DNA of 64,000 bases from Octopus vulgaris (lineage: Eukaryota), in the NCBI GenBank assembly GCA_951406725.2, contig OX597832.1, positions 69,378,001 to 69,442,000 of the forward strand, given 5' to 3'. The position numbers were made by a program, and so were the translations under genes. Positions 1 through 11,655 of this stretch are shown one piece after another; the first letter of the stretch is position 1; every line of letters begins with the position of its first letter. The notes under the pieces were generated by a model. It was given only the letters and a program-made list of their open reading frames with translations, was not told where the DNA came from and did no database searches.

Positions 1-24
1 ATATACATATATATATACATATAC

Positions 25-63
<39 letters not shown>

Positions 64-283
64 CATATATATATACATATATATATACATATATATATAC
101 ATATATATATATACATATATATATATACATATATATATATACATATATATACATATATATATATACATATATATATATACATATATATATACATATATAT
201 ACATATATATATACATATATATATATACATATATATACATATATATTTATATATACATATATATATATATACATATATATACA
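1..283. repeat. (TA)n microsatellite with interspersed CA (ATATATAC-type units)
   Basis: Direct reading of sequence. Confidence 0.98.
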
Positions 284-3150
284 TGTTTTTCGGTCGGACA
301 GGAAGGAAAGAACTCATGGTGGGGTTGCCCTCTGCGTCCGTGAAGATGTCACACCCATAGTACTGTTGACACACTCAAACTCAGTCTGTGACACACTGAT
401 AGTACACATGAAACAACCGAAAATAGTAATATGTGTCACATATCGGCCACCAGACACCCCTAGTCATGAAGGAGTGTTTGAAGATAGCCTCAGAAGAATA
501 GAAGAAATCCTGGACAAACTGGACCAGGGTAACACCATTCTACTGCTGGGAGATTTTAACCTTCCGAAAGTCAAATGGCCAGATGGCCATCTCCTCCCTG
601 GAATGACATCACTTGAACAGAGACAGACAGAGTCCTTGTTGGCTCTCACACGCAAGTTTTTCATGGAGCAAGCAGTGCTTTGGCCAACAAGAGGTGAGAA
701 TGTCTTGGACCTCTGTTTCACAAGCAACCCGATGCTCATCCACAACATAATGGTAACACCAACAATTCTCTCAGATCACAACTTAGTAGAGGTAATGATA
801 TATGGTATGAGAGAGTTAGTTGAGACGCAGCCATTAGAAAATACCACAGGCCTATCCAGTCTAAACTTCCATAAGGCAAACTGGAAGAAAATCAACGAAG
901 AGATCCGAAAACATGACTGGAGTGACTTCATCACCACACAAGACACCAACACACATTTCCAACATTTCATGACAACAATACAGAACATATGCCATAAGTT
1001 TGTCCCGGAGAAAAAAGCCAGCGGGCATAGGAACGTTATTCCCAGAGACAGGAAAATACTTATGAGGCGAAGAGCTAAGCTCTCGAAGCAACTGAATGCA
1101 CGGCAGAGAAACAATGAGGGACTCCACCTGAAACTTTTTGAAACGGAAACTGCACTCAAACTTTCCTATGAGAAGGAGAGGGCAGAGAGAGAAGCCAGGG
1201 CCATAGAGAATATTAAAACAAACCCTAAAGCCTTCTTTAAATTTGCGAAAGAAACCACCTCGGTACACTGCAAGATTGGCCCACTCTTTGATAAAAAGGG
1301 CTCTCTAACTGAGGACCCCCAAGGGATAAGTGAAATACTAAAGGAACAGTATAAAAGTGTGTTCACATCCCCTCTGGGGCACATGCAAATCACAAACCCA
1401 GAAGTTTTCTTTGATGCCACAACACTCCAAAACCAAACAACAACCATCGACCACATAGACATAACAGAGAGGGATGTAATATCTGCCATAGAAGAAATGA
1501 GAATAAACTCAGCTGCTGGACCAGATGGATTCCCAGCAGTCCTCCTAAAAACATGCAGGCATGCCCTAGCGGGACCACTGAAGAAGCTCTTCAGTGGTTC
1601 CTTGGCTAACGGTAAACTGCCCAGGGCGCTAAAAGAAGGCACCATATGCCCTATCCACAAAGGAGGGAGTAGAGCAGAGGCCAAAAACTACAGGCCAGTC
1701 TCCCTGACGTCACACATAAGTAAGGTCATGGAACGAATCATCAGAAAAAAACTGATCACGTTCCTCGAAGAAACTAACCGTCTCACTGACACACAGCATG
1801 GCTTTCGCCCAGGAAGAAGCTGCCTTACGCAGCTGTTACAACACTACGACTGGGTACTGAAACAACTACTGGATCGCTCACAGGTGGATGTGGTATATCT
1901 CGACTTTGCGAAGGCCTTTGACAAAGTCGACCACGGAGTGATATGTCACAAATTACTCAGACTCGGCATAACAGGAAAAGTAGGTGAGTGGATACATGAC
2001 TTCCTGAAGGACAGAAGCCAGATGGTTGCAGCCAATGGAGCCCTCTCGGGAAAGACACCAATAGCAAGCGGGGTGCCACAGGGCACAGTCTTGGGACCCT
2101 TGCTGTTTTTGGTGGCGCTCTCTGACATGCCCTTGGTAGCACAAACAACATCCCTCACTAGCTATGCTGATGACACAAAGGTAGCACAGGCAATCAAAAA
2201 CCCAGCTGATGCTGACCTTTTACAACAAGATCTGGATGCCATATACAAATGGGCTGAAGACAACAACATGCAATTTAATGCTGGTAAATTTCAAGCCTTA
2301 CAATATCAAGCTGTAAACACATATACATTACAACACAACTATACTGGTCCAGGAGGGATCGAAATCCCAGTATCGAAATCAATACGGGACCTGGGGATAG
2401 ACATGAGTGACGATGCATCTTTTTCTTCACACATCGCGAAGGTGGCGACAATGTGCAGACGACTCACTGGCTGGATCCTGAGGACATTCCGGACAAGAGA
2501 CTGCGAGACCATGTTGACACTATGGAGGACATTTGTCCTAAGCCGCCTGGACTACTGCTCCCAACTGTGGTCACCGCATAGTGTCAAACTAACCACAGAG
2601 CTTGAGACAATCCAAAGACATTTCACCAAGAGGATTTCCACCATGAAAGAAAAGAACTATTGGGAGAGGCTTAGGGAACTCAATTTGTACTCCTTGGAAC
2701 GAAGACGAGAGAGATATGCAGTGATATACATATGGAAAATCCTGGAGGGACTAGCACCAAATTTTGGAATTGAGAGCTGTTCCAATCCCCGTACAGGACG
2801 TCACTGTGTGGTGCCAAAAGTCCCGTCTTCCACATCCAGGGTAAGGAGCAGATACTGTAATAGCCTGGGGTTCAGGGGCCCTCAGCTTTTCAACAAACTG
2901 CCAAGAAAACTAAGAGATCTACATGATGCGGATGTGGACATTTTCAAAAAACATCTAGACAAGCTGCTTTCCGGGATCCCAGATGAACCCACTGCAAGGT
3001 ACGAGGGTAACCTAAGGGCGGCAGCTACAAACTCTCTCTTAGATCAGTGACCAGCCACGGCAAACTGGACTTAGAGAGGGTAGCAACAAGGGCGGTGCCC
3101 CAGCATGGCCTCAGCCGGATGGCTGAAACAGGTAAAAGAGTAAAAGAGTA
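282..3150 (+). mobile_element. 5'-truncated CR1-superfamily LINE (non-LTR retrotransposon), young copy
   Basis: Long ORF2 with APE and RT motifs; short 3' UTR with stem-loop TCAGCC-ggat-GGCTGA and (GTAAAAGA)n tail at 3132-3150; flanked by (TA)n on both sides. Confidence 0.92.
366..3050 (+). CDS. LINE ORF2: partial AP endonuclease plus reverse transcriptase; frame is open from ~282 ([17 protein letters not shown]), N-terminus lost by truncation
   Basis: Motifs YRPP, LLGDFN, LDL, SDH (APE); [46 protein letters not shown] (RT); CSQLWSP and [12 protein letters not shown]-terminal motifs; no stops in 894 codons. Confidence 0.92.
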   Translation: MTHSNSVCDTLIVHMKQPKIVICVTYRPPDTPSHEGVFEDSLRRIEEILDKLDQGNTILLLGDFNLPKVKWPDGHLLPGMTSLEQRQTESLLALTRKFFMEQAVLWPTRGENVLDLCFTSNPMLIHNIMVTPTILSDHNLVEVMIYGMRELVETQPLENTTGLSSLNFHKANWKKINEEIRKHDWSDFITTQDTNTHFQHFMTTIQNICHKFVPEKKASGHRNVIPRDRKILMRRRAKLSKQLNARQRNNEGLHLKLFETETALKLSYEKERAEREARAIENIKTNPKAFFKFAKETTSVHCKIGPLFDKKGSLTEDPQGISEILKEQYKSVFTSPLGHMQITNPEVFFDATTLQNQTTTIDHIDITERDVISAIEEMRINSAAGPDGFPAVLLKTCRHALAGPLKKLFSGSLANGKLPRALKEGTICPIHKGGSRAEAKNYRPVSLTSHISKVMERIIRKKLITFLEETNRLTDTQHGFRPGRSCLTQLLQHYDWVLKQLLDRSQVDVVYLDFAKAFDKVDHGVICHKLLRLGITGKVGEWIHDFLKDRSQMVAANGALSGKTPIASGVPQGTVLGPLLFLVALSDMPLVAQTTSLTSYADDTKVAQAIKNPADADLLQQDLDAIYKWAEDNNMQFNAGKFQALQYQAVNTYTLQHNYTGPGGIEIPVSKSIRDLGIDMSDDASFSSHIAKVATMCRRLTGWILRTFRTRDCETMLTLWRTFVLSRLDYCSQLWSPHSVKLTTELETIQRHFTKRISTMKEKNYWERLRELNLYSLERRRERYAVIYIWKILEGLAPNFGIESCSNPRTGRHCVVPKVPSSTSRVRSRYCNSLGFRGPQLFNKLPRKLRDLHDADVDIFKKHLDKLLSGIPDEPTARYEGNLRAAATNSLLDQ

Positions 3151-3166
3151 TATATATACATACGCT

Positions 3167-3197
<31 letters not shown>

Positions 3198-3355
3198 GCG
3201 TTGATTCGAACCAGGGGCAGCTGATGAAGGGGAATATTCCTTATATTGTTTGTCTTGTACTCTGTTTCTTTCGTTGTTAAAAAAAGTCTGTTTCCTTGTT
3301 TGTTTTTATGTTTTCGTTTCTCGTTGTGTTCTACGTTTATTTGTGGTGTCCTGTA

Positions 3356-3394
<39 letters not shown>

Positions 3395-3395
<1 letters not shown>

Positions 3396-3537
3396 AGGTC
3401 GACTTTGCCTTTCATCCTTTCGGGGTCGATAAATTAAGTACCAGTTACGCACTGGGGTCGATGTAATCGACTTAATCCCTTTGTCTGTCCTTGTTCGTCC
3501 CTTCTATGTTTAGCCCCTTGTGGGCAGTAAAGAAATA
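3395..3537 (+). mobile_element. 5'-truncated SINE, family 1 (core GTCGACTTTGCCTTTCATCCTTTCGGGGTCGATAAATTAAGTACCAG), tail type T
   Basis: Core recurs many times in the window; same tail as the copy at 22131-22367. Confidence 0.85.
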
Positions 3538-3793
3538 TATATATATATATATATATGCCTGTATATATACATATAGATGTAGGTATGTACATATATATAT
3601 GTATGCATATGTTTTATTTGTTAAATTGTTAGTATATATATATATACATACGTTTATATATATATATTTATACATATATATATATATATATATATACGCT
3701 TATATATATGTATTTATACATATATATATTCATACATATATATGCTTATATATATGTATTTATACATATATATATATTATATATATATACGCT

Positions 3794-3827
<34 letters not shown>

Positions 3828-3831
3828 CACG

Positions 3832-3878
<47 letters not shown>

Positions 3879-3884
3879 CATATA

Positions 3885-3921
<37 letters not shown>

Positions 3922-4115
3922 CATATACACATATATTTATGCATATATGTATATAAATTTACATATACGCATATATTTATATAGATACACACTAATATAT
4001 ATGTATATACATATATATATACATATATATATATATATACTTATACAAATGTATGCATACATATACATGCTTATACATGCATATATATATACTTCCACAC
4101 ACACTCCCCTCCCAT

Positions 4116-4150
<35 letters not shown>

Positions 4151-4310
4151 CAGGAATTTCATATATATCGATGTATGTGTATATATACGCATATATATGC
4201 ATGCTTAACATGTGTGTTATGTATGAATCTGTTTATATATGAATATTTATGTACGTGTTCAGATCTACGTATGTGTGTATGTGTATGTGCAATTGTGTGT
4301 ATGTGTGCGT
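3538..4310. repeat. Compound (TA)n/(CA)n low-complexity tract
   Basis: Direct reading; source of the YIYI ORFs. Confidence 0.95.
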
Positions 4311-6409
4311 ATTCGTTTTTATATAGGCTGACGTTTGTTTTGTCTATGTTTGAAACGTACAGTTTACGTAACCAATTTACAAGCTAACAATCTTGAAAAA
4401 TAATAAAGGTAAACGTAACGAAATGGGGGAGGCAATAACAGAACAAACAGCTTCATCAAGATGAACGGCAATAACAATAATAGCAAAAATGGCAAATAGG
4501 AAAATGAGAAATAGGCTTAAATTGATTAACGAAAAACGAAATCAAAGAGAGAAAACAAAAAAGAGAACTCCAGAAATAGATCAACAAAAATAAAAATAAA
4601 TAAAGAAATAAAGTAAACAGAAAGCAAAGAAAGACAAGAGAAAAAACGAACCGGAAACGAAACGAAATTAAATCCATCCGTAAAGGAAAGAAAGACAAGT
4701 GATAAAAGAAAAATGTTATTTAATAAAGAAAATGCCTCGCTAGATTTTGTGTGTTAATAATACACACACACACACACACACACATTCACATACGTAAATG
4801 TATACATACATACGTACATATAAATATTTGTATAAAGTATATATGTATGTATGTATGTATGTGTGTGTTTGCATTCTTGTGCGTGTGTACCTATATTTAC
4901 CTTGTATGTATACATACATGTATATATGTGTGTGTGTGTATATATCATCAGTGGATCATATATCCGTAAAAGAAGCACACTAAGAGAACAGTATTTACAG
5001 GAATTTAATTATATGGCCGATCACAGAGTCACCAATGATTTCGCACCCATAAAGATGCCTCGTGAGAGTCCAAGGGCTGCGGGCATGTAACCTCTCTTCG
5101 AACTTGATATAGAACACCGTTACGGTCAGTTAATTTGAAAACAAAAGAATATCATTTATTATCCAAGTTTTAAACTCCCGTTTATATAGAGTCCCGGATG
5201 CTCTGCGAACCTCCATTTAATTTTGTTTAGTGTTCCTTCATCCTTAAGGCGTTATACGTGACTGACCAGGGACATGGAGTAACGTCTTTCTGGAAATCTG
5301 ATAGAGGATTTGTGTTTGCATAGGCGTCACTTAAATGCAGTTCCAGCCTAACCTATGTATCTTCGAACATGAGTCCTCATTGTATCATCACCTTTGGAGT
5401 TTCTTCCGTTGGCCCCGGGCCTGATGTTAACGTTGTTGTTGCCGCTGCTGTTGTTGTTGGAGCTACTGTCGGTGCTATATTTACAGAGCGTGGGTCTGGT
5501 GATAACACTGTTACTGTTGCTGGTGTAGTAGTCCTCCACTGGTGGTGGTGTGGCTGCCATCGGTGCTGTTATTTATAGGCGTGGGACTAGTAGTGCCATT
5601 GATGCTACTAGCGCGGTCGTCTTCTCGGGCCGTAGAGCTGGTGTTGGTACTGCGGTCGTAATTGTCGGTATCGGTGTCTCTGCTGCTGAATGAGTCTAAA
5701 AGATTTATGGTTGCGAAACCATTGGTCACTTTAAGACTGATTATACAGTTAACTTTCCTCTGTGTGTGTGTGCATACTGCGTACTGCGGGCTCCTGATAC
5801 CACCAACATGGTTCCAGCAGCCTAGCTAGCACCGAGGAAAACCGCAGGCCAGCCTAGCAAGCCAACTTGCTTAAAGAGGAAGAAGTGGTAGTTATAGAGG
5901 TCAGAAGAGTTGACAATAACAAAACCTTTGAGTCAAGCAAAATAAAAATAAAACTTCGAAAGGTGAATAAAAATTTATGGAATATATTTTAGTGAGTTCT
6001 ATCGTTTACCTCTAAAATCCGTAGGACAGATTTCTTTTGGTGAGCTCTTCTTTTATTCCTCAGTCAAATAATTTATATTCGGTCTTTTTTGGACTGGACT
6101 GTTGTTACTTCCGTTTCACGTTAATCCGGTGCCCAACTTCACACTTCGCATTCTTTATGTCACTAACTGATACTGAGAGTTCCTACACCAAAGACACACA
6201 GCTCACATTGACCGACTCACGTCAACCTGCCTCACATTGACTGCCTGGAACCAACTCCCTCACATCGACTCCAGGCACAGACTGCCGTATCAGCTATTCG
6301 CATAAGCCATTCACTTCGAACCAACCGTTCGGCACCAACTGCCCACAATACCTACCGTCCACATCAACCACTGATGCCAACTGTCCGGCATCGACTCACG
6401 TACAGACTG

Positions 6410-7941
6410 GTTTTTATTATCGGCATAAAACCTTAAATATAGAGGGGACACTACAAGGACAGACAACACAAACGTGGGGTGTATATAATGATAAGCAAAT
6501 GATTTCTGAGATGTGAAAAAATAATGAAAATGGCTTTCTACCCACCAAAGTAGAAAGTTGCATTTTACTGTTTTTTTTACTGTTCAGTTTGTATCTCTTT
6601 TTTTTTTATTCAGAAAACTCGTCATATCTTAAAAAGTTATCACAGGTGGTAATTCGTCGAATCGAACCCGTAATACTGTATTCTCTATCCTACTTCTGAA
6701 TGTCTATTTCAGTCTGGCTGCTTTTTCATCATCTAATAATACTGCTTTCAGGTTTCGATTCACCGCTTTATCTGCAAGTTTCACTCTGATAACTCCCTTC
6801 ATGCTTTTCTCGTATCTCACATTCTTTCTTGTTTTCCTTTACGTGGCCTTCTTTCAACATTCTCCGTCATTATCGCAGATTCTGTTATTAGTTCTTCCAG
6901 TGCCTTCCGTCCTTCATCCACCTTACTTGTTGACGGCTCCGGCCTTCTTTCAACATTCGCTGTCATAATTGCTGTTGTTTCTAGCAGATCTACCAGTTCT
7001 TCCCGTCCTTCCTCCTACTTACTTGTTGATGGCTCCGTTCTATCGTTGCTTCTGCTTTTCTCTTTTCCTTTTTTTTCTGATTTCCTTTTCTTTTTTGGTG
7101 GGGACTCACTATTTCCTCTCTTGTCGTCCTCGTACAACCCTACTTCCTTCTCCGCTATTTCATTTACATTTTCCGAACTCTCTTCCTCCACCACCTGCTG
7201 TTCGTGTTTCTGGGGACACCTTGCCTTTGCGTGCCCCCTTACTCCACATCCGAAGCATATTGGTGGTCTCCCCTCTACCATGATCCTCAGTCTGGTCTCG
7301 TCGGGCAATATTATCTCCTCTGTCATCTTGTGGAGGTCTGGTAGGCTTATGAGTACCATCACTTCGAAGCCAAACCCCTACCAATTGACCTCCGCTGTCT
7401 TGGATATTTTCAATATCGGTAATAGTGCCCACTGTGCTGTCTTCAAAGCTACGGTGGAATACTTTTTTGCTTCGTTCTCATTAACGAAGCGAACCTCCAC
7501 CGTGCCAAATTTCCGTCCTCTGTTGTAGAATATAATTACGTTTTTTACCTCTTTTAGGATGTACGTAATTATTTTCCTTTCTGCTGTCTCTTTTATTTCC
7601 TTGTGGGGTGTCAATCGAAAGCATCCTCCTTCGTTTCTTCAACAAGGTGTTGAACTTCTTATAATCTATATCCTTTAATTCTTGTATCTTCAGTAGCTCA
7701 GCTGTCAGACTTTTTCCCGTCACTGCTGCATAACTGCCTGTTTGGACCTGCATAGTTGCGTTATTCCCCGCTTCCCCTATAAATGGAGAAGCCAAATAAA
7801 CTTTCAACAAATTCAAAAACAGAAAATCAAACACAATATCCAACAATTCGACAATTTTGTATTTCAAAAACAACTCACATGGGAGCGAAATCGAAACACA
7901 ACCAACTCATACGCCTCGCTGACGGACTCACGTACAGACTG
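6410..7941 (-). mobile_element. ORF1/gag-only L1/Tx1-like non-autonomous retroelement, frameshifted
   Basis: ORF pieces 7481-7873, 7378-7614 and 7015-7362 join into an ORF1-like protein: SYAAVT near the N-terminus, FGTVEVRF, and zinc knuckle CFGCGVRGHAKARC (CX2CX4HX4C), then a charged tail; no RT; ends in AATAAAAA; 17-bp direct repeat at 6393-6409 and 7925-7941. Confidence 0.7.
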
Positions 7942-8560
7942 ACTACCACGAGTTCATCCACAGTAAAAGCGTGCACAACCGTCCAGCATAATTTAAACAA
8001 TCACGTGACCAAAATGAATTACTTTTTTTCGTTGGGGTTAACTTTTAATTTATTAACGTCTTCCATTGCAAAAACTAGAGACCAGTATTCTAATTCCCTT
8101 AGTACCATTCGAAATTATATTCAAACAATTTCTCGTTCGTAACGGTCGGTGTTCGCCCAAGCATAATCTTTCTTTCTTGGCTCAACTGCCGGCTGCCAAG
8201 CATCCCTTATATTCCTGTCTCATGACTCATCTCCTATGTTCCTTCTTCAAGGCCTTCACTCTACAGACACCAGTTCAATTTGGTTCGTCTTTATTATTCC
8301 TTTTTTTGTCATTGTTGTCGTACACATTCGCTTGCTTTCTACCAAAAATATTTAATGCTCTTAGATTTTTGGAGCCAGCCAGATTTGAACAGTCTCAAGT
8401 GTAACCAGCCGAAACTGTAAGGATAACCTGGAAGCTTGACTGAGGAGAGAAGGCTGCGAATGACCAGTCCTTATTTTTTCCTGTCTGTCCTTGTATCATC
8501 TATCTGTCCGGATGTTTTATTGTCGTCTGTTGCGTGCGTTCTTGTTCCATGTTTTGATTT

Positions 8561-8584
8561 GTGTGTGTGCGTGTGTGTGTGTGC

Positions 8585-8615
<31 letters not shown>

Positions 8616-8621
8616 TATATA

Positions 8622-8720
<99 letters not shown>

Positions 8721-8727
8721 GTGTGTG
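8561..8727. repeat. (TG)n(TA)n microsatellite
   Basis: Direct reading. Confidence 0.95.
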
Positions 8728-8749
8728 TTCTACGAAACGTACAAAGCCC

Positions 8750-9190
8750 AATCTCTTCCTTCGACCTTTCCACCCTTATCGCACCCTTTTTCGCTCTTGT
8801 GTTACTGATCCTACTTGAGATTCCTCACTCTGCGGTCGGAATCTCATCTGCAGCCCCTCTCACCACTGCTACCCTGCTCGTCGAACACACCATTCTCTGC
8901 CCCTTTCCCTGCCTCACATAGGGCTCTTATGTTTCTTCTCTCCATCACCCATTTATTTCTGTAAGCGCTCCACCAATCTAAGCGACTTCCTCGTCCATAG
9001 TTTCACCTAACCTGTATCCCTTCCCTGATTTCACTACCACCAATTCCTTCACTAAAACCACATGTCATACTCACCTCAGAAGGAACTCATTCTGATGCAC
9101 TTATAGTAACCTTATGTATGCTCTTCCTATTGCTATACATCGGACAAAGCAGCTACCAACTGACCAAAAGGGACATCCAACTTGGCACTC
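8750..9190 (+). mobile_element. Degenerate Penelope-like element fragment (linker plus GIY-YIG endonuclease remnant)
   Basis: Remnant translations TNLSDFLVHS (~8972-9001), C..SNLMY and LYIGQS (~9130-9150) fit the PLE linker/GIY-YIG pattern; many lesions. Confidence 0.5.
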
Positions 9191-9194
9191 GGTA

Positions 9195-11012
9195 AAAACA
9201 AGATGCCAAATTTCTGGCTCACATCGTTCCTGTGCGTACACGAAAAGTTAGTCCAGCTGTCCATTTAAATAAGAGGACCGAAAGAATAATGAAGCCAAAG
9301 TTCCCAAAAGGCTCTGGGCCCATAACCTGTTTATCCACTATTTATAAAATTTTAACATCTATTCTCGTGGAAGGAACATGTATTTATGGAAGAGAAGGAT
9401 AGTTTCCCCACTGAACAAATATGATGCCGACGAGGCTCATATACATGCAAAGATCAGCTCTTAATTAATCGCACGATCCTTGAGAACTGTCATAACCAGC
9501 CCAGAAATCAGTTCTGCATGAATTGATTACGAAAGGTTTTCAACAGAATACTGCATTCATGCGTCTTGAAATCGCTGGACATCTTCAACATTTCTCCTGT
9601 AATTTCAATCTTGCTGAAGCATAATATATCAATGTGGAATACGAATCTACACCACTCTAATGGCCGACTATCTTCAAACAATATTAGAATCAACTGTAGC
9701 ATTTTCCAAGGTGACTTACACTCACCTCCAATATTCTTTACACGTGAACTTAATAGAACAGGGTATGAATATGAATTTGACAATTAGCAAATAAACCATC
9801 TATTTTATATGGATAACTCTATGGCAAAGACAATAATGAGCTTGAAGGCCTCTTACATACTCTATAGCAAAGATAATGATGAGCTTAGGGGCCTCTTACG
9901 TACTGTGAAAACATTCATTGATGTTATCGGGATGGAGTTTGATCTTGATAAGTGTGCCAGAACCACTTTGTAGAAAAGGAAATTGATAAAATGAAATTCA
10001 GTCGTGTTTGGTTTTGACCCAGTTATAAAAATACTTCAGCAGCAACAAAACCATAAATACCTAGGAATAAATGAAGGATCTGGCATGGAGTATGCAAGGA
10101 TGAAAGAAAAGATCTTGGAGGAGTGTTATAGGTGAGTAACGAAATATGAACAAAATGCACATAACAAAGGTGTTAGCCATAAATTCCTTGTTAGTTCCTG
10201 TTGTTACTTATAGCTTCATTGTGTTGAAGCGAAATAAAAGCAACTGAATGAAACATTCGTAAGTTGATGACGCAGCAGCCAAAGGCAGACGCGGATCGTC
10301 TTTACCTTCCCAGGGCCCAATGAGGTTGAATCTTGATCCACTTTGATCACCACAATTGGACTGGCAAAATTCGACTTGAAACAACTAACGACTGGCTACT
10401 AAAACTCGATGAAAATCACGCTAGAAGTAAGAAATTTCAGTCTATCTTGAAGGAGAGCAGAAAATTTGCTATTGATTTTGTGAATGATACCCAGACTGAA
10501 CAGCATGCGGGAAGTGCGGTGAAGTGTGACAACTGTTGCAGCAAAAAGTATAATTAATGGCAAAAACAAAAATCGCATGAACAATTGACTGGTAGGTGGG
10601 AGTAGAAACCTCTGCATGGTAAATGTGTGGCCCGTAGTAAACAAAGTAATGTTGACCAGAAGCACACCTATCTGTGGCTATGAAGCTCAGGGCTTAAGGC
10701 AAAGAGTAAAGGCTTCATCTTAGCTGCTCAAGATCAGAACTTATTGACCCGGAACTATCAAGTCAATGTAATGAAACATGGAGTAGATTCAAAATACCGA
10801 TTCTGCAACGCTGAATTTGAAGCAATGGACAACGTAATCTCTGACTTTTAGCACAAGTGGAATATAAATTAGGACATGGCAGAGGTGGTCAATATCTGCT
10901 CTGGTTAATATATCGGCATTATACAATCAAAACTGCGGGCAAATGGTATAAGCACCACCTGAGCCTGTAATTGAGGGAGTAAATATAACGATTCTTTGGA
11001 AATTCCAATACA
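9195..11012 (+). mobile_element. Degenerate R4/Dong-clade (RLE) non-LTR retrotransposon, RT through zinc-finger region
   Basis: Remnant motifs CRRGSYTCKDQLLINRTILENC, IFQGD..SP, INHLFYMD, GMEFDLDKCA, KYLG, GFILAAQDQNLLTRNYQ, TILW; many stops and frameshifts. Confidence 0.85.
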
Positions 11013-11013
11013 T

Positions 11014-11014
11014 G

Positions 11015-11084
<70 letters not shown>

Positions 11085-11115
11085 TAATAATAATAATAAT
11101 AACAACAACAACAAT
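11014..11115. repeat. (AAT)n followed by (AAC)n
   Basis: Direct reading. Confidence 0.97.
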
Positions 11116-11608
11116 AAATTACATTATCATGAATGGAAACAATTGCTATATCAATGAAAAACCCATATAAATGTATGAATATAAGTGTGTGTGTGTGTGT
11201 GTATATGTATATTTGTGTAAACTTCAAGTTGTAACAAAGAGCAATATGGTAAACATTGAAACAAAGATATTTAACCGACAAACCACAAAGAAAGACCAAA
11301 TGGCAGAAAATTAAAAGAAAAATGTGAAGAACAATTTATTGGCGTATATTTTGGAACATAAATAGTTATAAGATAACATTAATGTGGATTAAATTAGAAT
11401 GAAAATATAAACGATATAGAACGAGGTTACATGTTTGAAGAAAATGTGCAAAATATCCAAGCTAAGGTGTACAAATAAATGGATATAAAATACGACTAGC
11501 TCAAAATAACTTTATCTATTACAGTGCTGTATCAAATTAGTAATGTGTGTGTATTTACTACATGTTACTTCCAGAAAGTTTGTATACATTCAATGAACGA
11601 TATCACAT

Positions 11609-11655
11609 TATCGAAAAAATGTATATCGAAAAAATGTATATCGAAAAAATGTATA
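11609..11655. repeat. Three tandem ~15-bp units TATCGAAAAAATGTA
   Basis: Direct reading. Confidence 0.85.

Noticed and set aside
464-2158. Antisense ORFs within the LINE, and likewise within the RTE and R4 elements
   Set aside because: Shadow frames of retrotransposon coding sequence
3221-3250. CTGATGA followed by a hairpin (possible hammerhead core)
   Set aside because: No GAAA after stem II and no stem III or cleavage triplet
3491-4387. 298-aa YIYI-rich ORF and the many similar YI/CV/HT/MYVC ORFs across the window
   Set aside because: Translations of stop-free dinucleotide and tetranucleotide microsatellites, not genes
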